Positions 55,735-64,000 of a stretch of DNA of 64,000 bases are shown here, piece by piece (position 1 is the stretch's first letter; every line of letters begins with the position of its first letter). The notes beneath the pieces are model-generated. The model was given only the letters and a program-made list of their open reading frames with translations. It ran no database searches and was not told the origin of the DNA. The translations under genes were made by a program, and so were the position numbers. This stretch comes from Patescibacteria group bacterium (GTDB lineage Bacteria > Patescibacteriota > Microgenomatia > UBA1400 > PJMF01): positions 118,236 to 182,235 of the forward strand of contig JAZQJV010000018.1 of NCBI GenBank assembly GCA_045541795.1, given 5' to 3'.

Positions 55735-56981
55735 CAGTTAATTATATCACTTATCACTGCCTTTGTGCTGCCCGATACCGGCGAGTTTTTACTTTTCGTC
55801 ATTTGGGCCACCAAGCAGACATTCATCAATACAAGCAGTCCCTCTCCGCCTACCATTGCCCACACGCCGCCCGAGATCCCCAAGCGCGGCACTAGCAAAT
55901 AATTAAGGCACAAATTAAAAACCGTCGAGCCTAACAAAAACGGTACGTAACGGGCGACCCCGTCACTGCTTTGCAGCACGGTATTTAGTGGAGCGTTAAA
56001 AAAGAACAAAATCACCACCACGCCAAACAGCCGCAAAATCTTGGCCGCTGGAGCGTATGCCTCACCCAAAAGTCCCGTCGTCAAAAAATTGGCGCCCAGC
56101 GCCATTCCTCCCGCCACCACAAAGCCCAGCCCACACATCACTGCGACCATTTTCGCAATTTGCAGCCTAGAAAGTCCTCCTTTTTTTGCCGCCAGCGGGA
56201 AAAGATTATGGAAAAGCGCCTGCGGGAGCAAGTTAAACGCATCCAAATATCGGTACGCCGCCGAATAAATTCCCAGACTGCTACTCGCCAAAAACCGGTT
56301 GATGATCAGCTGATCCGCCCGCGAGTAAATTACGCCCAAACTGTCAATTGCCGCATACGGCCAACTAGACCACCAGTTGATCCGTCCACTCTGCTTGTAA
56401 TGCTTGAGGCTGCGCCAACAAACCGTCACGGGGAAGTACCACGGTATCATGATCAGCCACGTCAGTAAATAAGCCAGATAAAACTTCCCGCTATCATCCG
56501 GTGTGCGGATAAAAAACAAACTCCCAAAAAGCAGCACGTTGCGGACAATCAGCTTGACACCCAGCATAAAACTGCGCTCATGACTCAAGTAATAAGCATC
56601 CGCCACCGTCACCAAGGCTTCAATTGCCAGACTGCCCAAAAAAAACGGCCAGACGCCAGCTTGCAGCCAGCCAAAATGCTGCTCAGCCACCATAAAAATC
56701 ACCGCCGAGCAGACCAGCAGCAGTCCCCGCCAAGCGGTCAGCCGCCCCAATAGTCCCGGCGTTTTGGCGAGGGCTGTTTGTTTGAGGTACCAGTTTTTGA
56801 CGCCCAAGTCCCCAATCGTCGTCACCAGCTGGATGAGCGTCACAAAAAGCATGATTTGTCCAAATTTTTCCGGCAAGACTGCCCGCGCAATGATCATAAA
56901 ATACACCGCCGAAAGCAGCTTGCCGCCCACCAAAAGTCCAAAATAAATGAGTGATTTTCCCAGTAGTCGGCGCAACATCAA
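55734..56981 (-). CDS. polysaccharide/oligosaccharide flippase (Wzx/MOP superfamily)
   Basis: 12-TM architecture. N-terminal GLLVGGKLLSAVYFMIIARAVLPEKFG typical of the polysaccharide biosynthesis protein family. Confidence 0.6.
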   Translation of the reverse strand: MMLRRLLGKSLIYFGLLVGGKLLSAVYFMIIARAVLPEKFGQIMLFVTLIQLVTTIGDLGVKNWYLKQTALAKTPGLLGRLTAWRGLLLVCSAVIFMVAEQHFGWLQAGVWPFFLGSLAIEALVTVADAYYLSHERSFMLGVKLIVRNVLLFGSLFFIRTPDDSGKFYLAYLLTWLIMIPWYFPVTVCWRSLKHYKQSGRINWWSSWPYAAIDSLGVIYSRADQLIINRFLASSSLGIYSAAYRYLDAFNLLPQALFHNLFPLAAKKGGLSRLQIAKMVAVMCGLGFVVAGGMALGANFLTTGLLGEAYAPAAKILRLFGVVVILFFFNAPLNTVLQSSDGVARYVPFLLGSTVFNLCLNYLLVPRLGISGGVWAMVGGEGLLVLMNVCLVAQMTKSKNSPVSGSTKAVISDIIN

Positions 56982-57904
56982 GCCCTCCGGTACTCAGCCC
57001 ACAAATCCTCAGGATACACGCCGTCGGCGATCAGCTGCTTGATCGCACCCACCGTAGTCTGCTTATCGGCCGCATACGTCACGCCAAACCAGCGCTCATG
57101 AGTCGGTAACATCTGCATCTGCGCGATCCCAGCCTGGATCAAATCATTGACCACATTGGGAGTAAAAAATTCTCGGCTTTCATCGTGGCCGTACTGGGTC
57201 AAAAACGCCAGCAGCCCTTCATCTAAGTAGCTAAAAATATCCGGTGTAAAAGCGAAAAGTATCATGGATACCGGCCGATCAGGCGCGATCTCATGATCGA
57301 CGCCTTGCTTGTCTCGGCTCACGATTTTCCCGTCACACCAGCCGATCTTGGTGTGCTCGTGGATAGACGTCACCAGGCCCGCCTCATTGGTTTTTAGCAA
57401 TCCGCGCGCCACCCAACCGTTGGCAGAAAGCGTCTTGCTGATCTGGTAGCCGACGACTCCATATCGCTTGCGGCTATCCGCCGGTAAGCTGTCTATCCAC
57501 TCGGCCGCTTGGAGGAAAGCCCCCCGGCCGTAAAAATCGTCAGCGCTGATCACCGCAAACGGTTCCTGGATCGTTTTTCTGGCCGTCCAGACGGCATGAC
57601 CAGTACCCCAGGGCTTAGTCCGTCCCGGCGGAGCGCTAAAGCCCTCCGGCAAATCTGTCATTTCTTGATTTAAATATATAAGTTCTGCCTGCGCCTGTGC
57701 CCCAGTAGCGGCAAAATGCGCCTGAAAATCAGCGGCAAATTCCTGGCGGATCACAAACACCACGCGCTCAAATCCCGCCTGAAGCGCATCATACACCGAA
57801 TAATCTATCAGGTACTGTCCGCCCGGCCCCACACAGTCAATTTGCTTGAGCCCGCCATAGCGCGAACCCATCCCTGCTGCCATGATCAAAAGCGTTTTGC
57901 GCAT
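56978..57904 (-). CDS. sugar-phosphate nucleotidyltransferase (UTP-glucose-1-phosphate uridylyltransferase-like)
   Basis: Start at MRKTLLIMAAGMGSRYGGLKQ (G-x-G-x-R NTP-transferase motif). The longer ORF upstream of it is hydrophobic junk. Confidence 0.6.
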   Translation of the reverse strand: MRKTLLIMAAGMGSRYGGLKQIDCVGPGGQYLIDYSVYDALQAGFERVVFVIRQEFAADFQAHFAATGAQAQAELIYLNQEMTDLPEGFSAPPGRTKPWGTGHAVWTARKTIQEPFAVISADDFYGRGAFLQAAEWIDSLPADSRKRYGVVGYQISKTLSANGWVARGLLKTNEAGLVTSIHEHTKIGWCDGKIVSRDKQGVDHEIAPDRPVSMILFAFTPDIFSYLDEGLLAFLTQYGHDESREFFTPNVVNDLIQAGIAQMQMLPTHERWFGVTYAADKQTTVGAIKQLIADGVYPEDLWAEYRRA

Positions 57905-57970
57905 ATGCGTTATTATACCATACAAAAAGCTGTCTGCATCGGTAAAATTCACCCAGGCAAAAATTGCCTC

Positions 57971-57999
57971 TTGACAAATGACCCATAATGTGATATAAT
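57971..57999 (+). promoter_or_regulatory. consensus promoter repeat copy 1 (TTGACA-aatgacccataatgtga-TATAAT), oriented antisense to the downstream kinase gene
   Basis: The 32-bp tcTTGACAAATGACCCATAATGTGaTATAATa is identical except for one base to 61696-61727. Confidence 0.55.
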
Positions 58000-58049
58000 A
58001 TAAGATATTATGATAGAAAAAAGAATAAAGAAAAATAATTATTATAGGT

Positions 58050-59054
58050 TTAGACAAAAACTGCCCACTGCTTGGGGTTTTGCCCGGCCACAATCTGACA
58101 GCTAATTTCCAGCGCTCCGTAAACTGGGGATTTTTCCGGGATGATGAGCACGGCTGGCAGTCCTGAGTCTGCTATCATTTTGGCAAATTCCTCCCGCCAG
58201 CAAAGCAAGAAACTCCCGCCCGCCACCAAGTCAAATTGCGTCTCCGCCAGCCCCAATTTGTAAGCCAACGCCTGCACATGAGTGAACAATTGCCCCAGAC
58301 AATAATTGACGATGTGGATGGCTACCTGGTCACCAGCTAGGGCCTGCGTACTGCATACCTTAGCCAAAGCCGCGATCTCATCTTTGCCCGGGACACGGCT
58401 ATATATGACGTCTTTAAGCTCTGCCAAATTGTCCACTTCAAAATGCCGTAAAACTGGTTTTGTCAGCGTTGTCTCCATGCCGCGCCCATCGAGTGCTCGT
58501 GCCACCGCGCGCAAAGTCAGTCTACCGGCGTCAAAGCCGCTGCCTTCGTCACTCAAAAGGTAATCCAGTCCGCCCATGCGCGACCATTGACCCTCACTGC
58601 TCACGCCGATACAATTACTGCCCGTCCCGCCGATAATTACCATTGCTGGCCGCTTGCTGGTCCCGGCTGTCAGCGCCGCCACCGCGTCATTAATGATCAC
58701 GATTTTTTTAATTGGCCACTCACGCAAGGTCTCGCCCAAAACTTGCTCTGCTCGCCGCAGATCCTGCTTGGTATCCAGCCCCGCAGTCGCGATCACCGCT
58801 AATTCTATTTCTTCATCCAGTGTCTGCTGGACAAACAACGCTGGTGGCACTTGATCGCTGTCGGTGTTTGTCGCTTCTTTTTGTAAAAGTTGACGCACGC
58901 CTTCGCGCGCATTATAGCCGGCCACGCCTACGCTTACCGCTGATACATTGACACTACCACCACTGACAATTTTTTCTATCCTGCCGCTGGCGTCTGCGAG
59001 TAAGTATTCCGATCGGCTCGCGCCGCCATCTATAGCAATGATCTTGCCGCTCAC
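58050..59054 (-). CDS. BadF/BadG/BcrA/BcrD-type ATPase, N-acetylglucosamine kinase-like
   Basis: Sugar-kinase ATPase motifs KIIAIDGGASRS and LSDEGSGF. GTG start overlaps the GH57 stop (GTGA). Confidence 0.6.
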   Translation of the reverse strand: MSGKIIAIDGGASRSEYLLADASGRIEKIVSGGSVNVSAVSVGVAGYNAREGVRQLLQKEATNTDSDQVPPALFVQQTLDEEIELAVIATAGLDTKQDLRRAEQVLGETLREWPIKKIVIINDAVAALTAGTSKRPAMVIIGGTGSNCIGVSSEGQWSRMGGLDYLLSDEGSGFDAGRLTLRAVARALDGRGMETTLTKPVLRHFEVDNLAELKDVIYSRVPGKDEIAALAKVCSTQALAGDQVAIHIVNYCLGQLFTHVQALAYKLGLAETQFDLVAGGSFLLCWREEFAKMIADSGLPAVLIIPEKSPVYGALEISCQIVAGQNPKQWAVFV

Positions 59055-60274
59055 GCGCACCTTTCTTGCAGATCTGCCAGTACGATACAATAGCGCCGGT
59101 AAGCCTCATACGGCGAATCATAAGCACTAAAGTAAGCGTGCACATCACCGTCAGCAAAGTATTTGGTGCACATATAATAAAAATGATCACTCGTCTGCAA
59201 ACGACGCCAGTCAGTCAGCAAACGCTCATCTTTTTTGCGCCACACCGCTTTTTCTAAGTCATAAATTTTCCGGAGGGTGTCCCATTGCAAATCATTTGAC
59301 CGCCACGCGGATAAGTCGCGGTCTTCATCTGCCCACGAGATCGGCTCATCCACATTATAAACTGGTAAAGTTTTCACCCACGCTGCCCAGTCTTTTTTGG
59401 TCCGGTATTTTTTGGGCGTCAGTTCATCGCGCGGATTGACGAAATTAATGTGCTCATCATTGCAGCCCAGCTCTACAAACTTTTCAAAAAAAGGAAAGAT
59501 ACCCGTGCTCGCCCACTGATGTTCGCCAAAAGTTTCAAAGTCCATGAAAAGATTAATAATTTCTTCATCGCGGTAGTCATGTAGCCAACGGCAATATTTG
59601 TCTGCGGTCAATGGCCACTCACTCCAGCTTTTTTGCGAAAAACGGAAAGCAATATCATCACTTAAAGGAGCATGCTTGAGCAACATCGGCAGTGCTGGGT
59701 CGCAATTTGCCCGGTAAACCTGTGTTTTTGGCCGGCCGGCCATTAGCCTGTCCACTCCTTCCACCAAAATCCCGCGGAAACCCAAATTAGCCACCTGCCA
59801 GCCGATATAATTACTGTAAATCATTTCGGTATTGCGGAAAACCACCGGTTTGACGTCAAAGAGTTCCCGCAGTAAATCCTTGTGCATTTTTACCTGACGT
59901 TTAAATTCCGTCTCTGAGTAAAGCGCTGACAAAGAGTGATAATAGTTTTCGCCCACAATTTCTACTTGACCGCGATGCTGGCTCAAGCGATAAAGCAAAT
60001 CCAAAACGTCCTGACCCCAAGCTTGACATTGCTCCAAAAATACTCCCGAGCACGAAAACGCAAATTTAAAATCCGGATATTTTTCCACTAGTTTTAAAAG
60101 TAAGCCCAGCATCGGCCGGTAGCTTTTTTCGGCCACCTTCAAAAAGACCTCATGATTTTGGTCGCGGCAATCATCACAAAAATAACGATGCCGCTCATCC
60201 CCGAGATCCGTCACCGCAAAATTTGTCAACCGGTAAGGCTGATGGAGCAAAAAATAAAAACAAACTTTCGGCAT
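59051..60274 (-). CDS. glycoside hydrolase family 57 (alpha-glucan acting)
   Basis: N-terminal CFYFLLHQPYRL (HQP motif), GQVEIVGENYYH and DFETFGEHQW blocks characteristic of GH57. Confidence 0.65.
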   Translation of the reverse strand: MPKVCFYFLLHQPYRLTNFAVTDLGDERHRYFCDDCRDQNHEVFLKVAEKSYRPMLGLLLKLVEKYPDFKFAFSCSGVFLEQCQAWGQDVLDLLYRLSQHRGQVEIVGENYYHSLSALYSETEFKRQVKMHKDLLRELFDVKPVVFRNTEMIYSNYIGWQVANLGFRGILVEGVDRLMAGRPKTQVYRANCDPALPMLLKHAPLSDDIAFRFSQKSWSEWPLTADKYCRWLHDYRDEEIINLFMDFETFGEHQWASTGIFPFFEKFVELGCNDEHINFVNPRDELTPKKYRTKKDWAAWVKTLPVYNVDEPISWADEDRDLSAWRSNDLQWDTLRKIYDLEKAVWRKKDERLLTDWRRLQTSDHFYYMCTKYFADGDVHAYFSAYDSPYEAYRRYCIVLADLQERCA

Positions 60275-61557
60275 TAACTCGTTTTCCTTTTTTTGGTCGT
60301 CACCTTACGTTTACGGGATGTTTTTTTCTTAGCGTCACTGGCCACTTTTTGATATACTTTTTCAATTTTGGCCGCCGACTTTTTCCAGGTGTTTTGGTCT
60401 AGGTGCGCCAACTGATCGCTCACTACTTGTTCGCGGTAAGCGTGATCATTGATCAAATGTAACACTTCCGCCGCCATCGCGTCTACGTCCCAAAAATCAA
60501 ATTTCGGGCTGCCGGTCATCACTTCTACCACTCCAGAATTTTTGGAAGCAATCACCGGCGTGTGTGCCATGGCCGCCTCCGCCGCCGACAGCCCAAAAGG
60601 CTCACTTACACTCGGCATCACAAACACATCCGCTCGCCGCAAAATTGCTTGCTGCGCTCCGCCGCGCACAAATCCCGAAAACAGCAAATTGGCAGACAAA
60701 GATTTACTGGCGGTGCTCAAAAGTAAATGCTGGTACATGTCGCCCATGCCCGAAACAATAAACAAGATGTCTGGCCGCACCGTCATCAGTTTTTCGGCCA
60801 ACTGTACGAAGTAATCCGGGCCTTTTTGCATCGTCAGCCGCCCCATGAACACCACTACCGGCCGGCCGGTGGCAAATACTTTCTCGCCGCCGCTCATTTT
60901 TTGTAAGAAACGCACCACGCCGTTGTGCACTACGTCGATTTTGCAAGGATCAATCCCGTACTGCTCTACCAACACCCGTTTGGTGTAATAGCTCACGGCT
61001 AACACTCTGTCGGCCAGCCGCATTCCGGTCACCTCACACTGTCCGATATAAGTAGCTAAGTCTGCTCCACCACTGCGGTCATATTCGGTAGAATGGATAT
61101 GAGCAATGAAAGGCTTGCCGAGTTTTTGTTTGATCCGGATCGCCGCTGGCATACTCATCCAGTCGTGGGCATGCACCACATCAAACTCATCAATGTGGGC
61201 CAGGGCATAATCAAAAACTTTGGCCGCGTATTCTTCTACTCGGTCTTCCATCCATGATCCCGGGCGCGGGCAAAATTCAGTCTCAGCACTATCGGTATTT
61301 TTGCTATTGGCGTAAGCATTAAAAGGCGGGCGAGAATTTGAGTCTTCCGGCAAGAAATCAGCCCAACTACTATTATAACAGTCCACCACATCGATGTTTT
61401 CCGGCACATCCTGGGCGATGTAGGGCAGAGTAAACTTTACGCTCACACCATCAGCATGCAGCGCTTGTGCCATCTGCGCACAGGCAGTGCCCAAACCGCC
61501 ACTATTGTGTGGTGGTAACTCCCAGCCGATCATTAATACTCTTGGTTTTTCTTGCAC
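60274..61557 (-). CDS. GT-B glycosyltransferase, glycogen/alpha-glucan synthase-like
   Basis: N-terminal KPRVLMIGWELPPHNSGGLGTACAQMA (compare the glycogen synthase K.GGL motif). C-terminal GT4/GT5-type fold (SEPFGLSAAEAAMAHTPVIAS). Confidence 0.55.
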   Translation of the reverse strand: MQEKPRVLMIGWELPPHNSGGLGTACAQMAQALHADGVSVKFTLPYIAQDVPENIDVVDCYNSSWADFLPEDSNSRPPFNAYANSKNTDSAETEFCPRPGSWMEDRVEEYAAKVFDYALAHIDEFDVVHAHDWMSMPAAIRIKQKLGKPFIAHIHSTEYDRSGGADLATYIGQCEVTGMRLADRVLAVSYYTKRVLVEQYGIDPCKIDVVHNGVVRFLQKMSGGEKVFATGRPVVVFMGRLTMQKGPDYFVQLAEKLMTVRPDILFIVSGMGDMYQHLLLSTASKSLSANLLFSGFVRGGAQQAILRRADVFVMPSVSEPFGLSAAEAAMAHTPVIASKNSGVVEVMTGSPKFDFWDVDAMAAEVLHLINDHAYREQVVSDQLAHLDQNTWKKSAAKIEKVYQKVASDAKKKTSRKRKVTTKKRKTS

Positions 61558-61697
61558 GGACTTATGTTATCACGAATTGGGATGTCCTGCAAGTAGATAT
61601 TTTATACTCATAAGGGGTCAGATTTTTATAGGTCCTAAACTTAAAATATTATAGGGTATGCAAATTTAGGCCTATAATATTAAATCAAAATTGACTC

Positions 61698-61726
61698 TTG
61701 ACAAATGACCCATAATGTGGTATAAT
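61698..61726 (+). promoter_or_regulatory. consensus promoter repeat copy 2 (TTGACA-aatgacccataatgtgg-TATAAT) upstream of the thioredoxin-like gene
   Basis: As copy 1. A second TTGACA, 16-nt spacer, TGgTAAAAT promoter follows at about 61779-61806. Confidence 0.55.
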
Positions 61727-61830
61727 AGGTAATTATGAAAGGTAAACAGGTGATAAAAAACAGTCAAAAATACTCGCGAATGTGGTCGGCGTGGATTTTG
61801 GGGGTTGACAATATGTGAATTGATGGTAAA

Positions 61831-62334
61831 ATGCACACCATGGAAGAAAGATATACACCCATCATTACAATTAGCGTCGTGATTGCAGCTTTGTTTGCGA
61901 CTTTGGTCTTTGTCCGGCTACATCGTACCCCGCTCGCCACCCCAGAGACATATAATGAAGTTTCACCCAGTGCTGAGCTGGCATTAGATTTTAATGCTCA
62001 CCGTCATTATATCTTTAGTCGTGACGACTGCATCCACTGTCAAAACCTAGAAAGCTACCTTGATAGTCATGAAGGCAGCCGTTCTCGTCTCGACATCGAG
62101 ATAGCCAATCTCTCTCAAACGGCCACTGCCAACTACTTCTATAATAAAGCCGTGGAATTTAGTGAAGTTTGCGGCCAGGATTCCAGCCAGTTGGGTACAC
62201 CGTTCCTCTATATCAATGATGAGAGTGTGCCCATGAGTGAACGTTGCATCGCTGGCGATACGCCGATCATGGCTTACTTTGACGGTTTGCTCGCGCCAGA
62301 GACAGCCAGTATGCCTGCTGCCGATAATCAATGA
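61831..62334 (+). CDS. membrane-anchored thioredoxin/glutaredoxin-fold protein (CxxC)
   Basis: N-terminal TM (IITISVVIAALFATLVFV) then YIFSRDDCIHCQNLESYL (CxxC redox motif), with GTPFLYIND downstream. Confidence 0.45.
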   Translation: MHTMEERYTPIITISVVIAALFATLVFVRLHRTPLATPETYNEVSPSAELALDFNAHRHYIFSRDDCIHCQNLESYLDSHEGSRSRLDIEIANLSQTATANYFYNKAVEFSEVCGQDSSQLGTPFLYINDESVPMSERCIAGDTPIMAYFDGLLAPETASMPAADNQ

Positions 62335-62381
62335 CTATTAGTGAATTAGCCGTGGTAAGTAGTGAGTAGAAATGGGGTTTT

Positions 62382-63368
62382 GTGAAAAAAGTGATCTGGG
62401 CAGCATTGATTTTAGGTTTGGTCGTAGTTTTTGGCGGATTCTTTGGTCTGGTGTGGTATGTGCAAGCTCTATTTGCTCCCATCAATCCTGCCGACCAGAC
62501 AGAAATTCACTATGTGGTGGCAAAGGGTAGCTCACTGGGGGCGGTGGCCGCTGATCTGGAAGCTCAAGGCATTGTCAAGAGTGCGGAAGGCTTGCGGCTT
62601 TATGCCCGGATTTTCCATGTGGGCGATAGCGTCCAGGCTGGAGAGCATATCTTGCATCGCAGTGATGATGCCGCCGGGATTATCTCGAGCCTAGAAATGC
62701 CACCCGCTCAGGTGACGTTTACCATTTTGCCCGGGTGGCGGCGTGAAGAAATCGCTGCTTATCTGAGCACTGCTGGTTTGAGCGAATTTGATGACAAGCA
62801 GTTTTTGGCGCTCACTGCCGATCTGGAAGGTCAGCTCATGCCCGAAACCTACAAAATTGCTCCCTTGAGTGATACAGCGACCATCGTGGATGTGCTCCAT
62901 GGACAATTTGTACACGACATCCTAGAAAACCCCGAGCTGCAGCCACAGTTTGCCGCCTCCAGCTATAGTCAAAATGAAATCATTACTCTCGCCTCCTTGC
63001 TCCAGCGCGAGGGCAAATCTCTATCCGAAATGAAAATGATCGCCGGGATCTTGTATTCCCGTCTGGAAGACCATTATCCGCTTCAGCTGTGCGCTAGTGC
63101 GCAATACGCCACGGGTCAAGACAGTGAGAGTGGCAAATGGTGGGAACCGCCCACCCTGGCCGATACTCAGTTTGACTCACCATACAATACTTACGTCAAC
63201 AAGGGGCTGCCACCAGGGCCGATCAGTACTGTCAGCGTGGATGCCGTGCGCGCCGCTCTGGATCCCACGCCGAGTGACTATTATTACTATTTACATGATA
63301 GTGATGGGCAGATTCACTATGCCACCACGCTTGATGGTCACGAACGTAATAAAAGTTTATATTTATAG
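62382..63368 (+). CDS. mltG: endolytic murein transglycosylase MltG (YceG family)
   Basis: N-terminal TM. YceG blocks including NTYVNKGLPPGPISTVSVDAVRAALDP and YYYYLHDSDGQIHYA. Confidence 0.7.
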   Translation: MKKVIWAALILGLVVVFGGFFGLVWYVQALFAPINPADQTEIHYVVAKGSSLGAVAADLEAQGIVKSAEGLRLYARIFHVGDSVQAGEHILHRSDDAAGIISSLEMPPAQVTFTILPGWRREEIAAYLSTAGLSEFDDKQFLALTADLEGQLMPETYKIAPLSDTATIVDVLHGQFVHDILENPELQPQFAASSYSQNEIITLASLLQREGKSLSEMKMIAGILYSRLEDHYPLQLCASAQYATGQDSESGKWWEPPTLADTQFDSPYNTYVNKGLPPGPISTVSVDAVRAALDPTPSDYYYYLHDSDGQIHYATTLDGHERNKSLYL

Positions 63369-63370
63369 TC

Positions 63371-64000
63371 ATGAAAAAAACCGTCTTGGCACTCGTTTTT
63401 TCGCTTACATGGGTAAGCAGCGTGCAGGCGGCCGAATTTGACGCGGATTTACAGGCGGAGTATAGTTTTGCACCCAGTAGTCCGGCTAAAGTTACCCTTG
63501 ATTATACCCTGACCAACACCAACGCTGCCGTCTTTGTCCAAAATTACCAGGTGATTTTGCCTGGCAGCGCGGCCAGTATTGTCGTCCAAAACAAAGACGA
63601 GGATATTACGAAAGAAGTGCATACCGATCACGATCGGCAGGTTTTAGACCTCGCTTTTCAAAATGATACCGTGGGTCAAGGCAAAAAAAGAAAGTTTGCC
63701 CTTGAATACATAGACAGCAAGCTCCTCGGGCGCCGGGGCGGCAGTCAGCTGATCCGGATCCCAGCTCTTGAAGGCTACGAAAACCTCACAACGTACAAAA
63801 CTATCGTCCGCTTGCCGCTAGGCTTTGGCAGCCCAGATCTACTCACCCCGCAGCCGAGTAAGGTGGGCACGGCTTCTGGGCAACTGGTATATACCTTTGA
63901 CCAAAAAGACGGCCAGACGATTAATATCGGTTTTGGGCAAAAACAAGTCCTCCAGTTTAATTACGAGCGGATCTTGACCAACCTCAGTAATTATCCGGCC
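63371..64000 (+). CDS. secreted hypothetical protein (3' end outside window)
   Basis: Signal peptide (MKKTVLALVFSLTWVSSVQA). The ORF runs to the window edge. Confidence 0.4.
   Translation, partial: MKKTVLALVFSLTWVSSVQAAEFDADLQAEYSFAPSSPAKVTLDYTLTNTNAAVFVQNYQVILPGSAASIVVQNKDEDITKEVHTDHDRQVLDLAFQNDTVGQGKKRKFALEYIDSKLLGRRGGSQLIRIPALEGYENLTTYKTIVRLPLGFGSPDLLTPQPSKVGTASGQLVYTFDQKDGQTINIGFGQKQVLQFNYERILTNLSNYPA

Noticed and set aside
1-64000. Alternative genetic code with UGA recoding, as in some candidate phyla.
   Set aside because: Many well-supported genes (GH57, ribosomal proteins, the giant protein) terminate cleanly at TGA, and no in-frame TGA was needed to recover any conserved protein.

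Overview
This 64-kb window from a small-genome bacterium (roughly 50% GC over most of its length, with a Patescibacteria/Saccharibacteria-like gene repertoire) has three parts: a left-hand accessory island, core informational genes, and envelope/carbohydrate genes. Standard stop codons, including TGA, terminate genes, so no recoding is assumed. Many promoters are extended -10 or consensus TTGACA-17-TGnTATAAT elements. Several sit within about 15 nt of the start codon, implying leaderless mRNAs.

**Core genes.** The infA-rpmJ-rpsM-rpsK-rpsD-rpoA-rplQ block is continued by rplM-rpsI. Other core genes are an ATP-dependent DNA ligase, dnaG, rpsT, lepA, nusA-infB, eno-gpmI, mltG and a tRNA-Glu(UUC).

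**Left-end accessory island (positions 1-9500, visibly more AT-rich).** It starts with a decayed 3' remnant of uvrA. It then carries two convergent two-gene operons, each led by a paralogous DUF1016/YhcG-type PD-(D/E)xK nuclease. The first is followed by an AlbA_2/Schlafen-like protein and the second by a DUF4263 Shedu-like nuclease. A ~65-bp promoter plus 5'-leader module occurs as a direct repeat on either side of the second operon. The repeat copy that is followed by a gene runs into an apparently frameshifted zinc-ribbon/TM2 gene. After these come a secreted thermonuclease with two Excalibur domains, a tandem-Ltp membrane protein and a TfoX_N protein.

**Other accessory features.**
- A fusion protein (LuxI/N-acyl-amino-acid-synthase-like N-terminus plus ThiF/E1-like C-terminus) is divergently transcribed from an acyl-AMP ligase followed by an orphan receiver domain.
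- Two paralogous VirB2/TrbC-like two-TM pilin-like proteins are present. One lies divergently beside comFC and the other is translationally coupled to a 1190-aa PS-linker/Cys-rich surface protein.
- A glycine-rich secreted protein has a ~250-nt leader.
- Several GT-C, GT4, GT87, flippase and NTP-transferase envelope genes are present.
- A GH57/GT/BadF-kinase glycogen-like operon is bracketed by a duplicated 32-bp consensus promoter.
- A secreted C39-like peptidase sits next to a perfect 15-bp palindrome.

No CRISPR array, transposase or integrase was seen.
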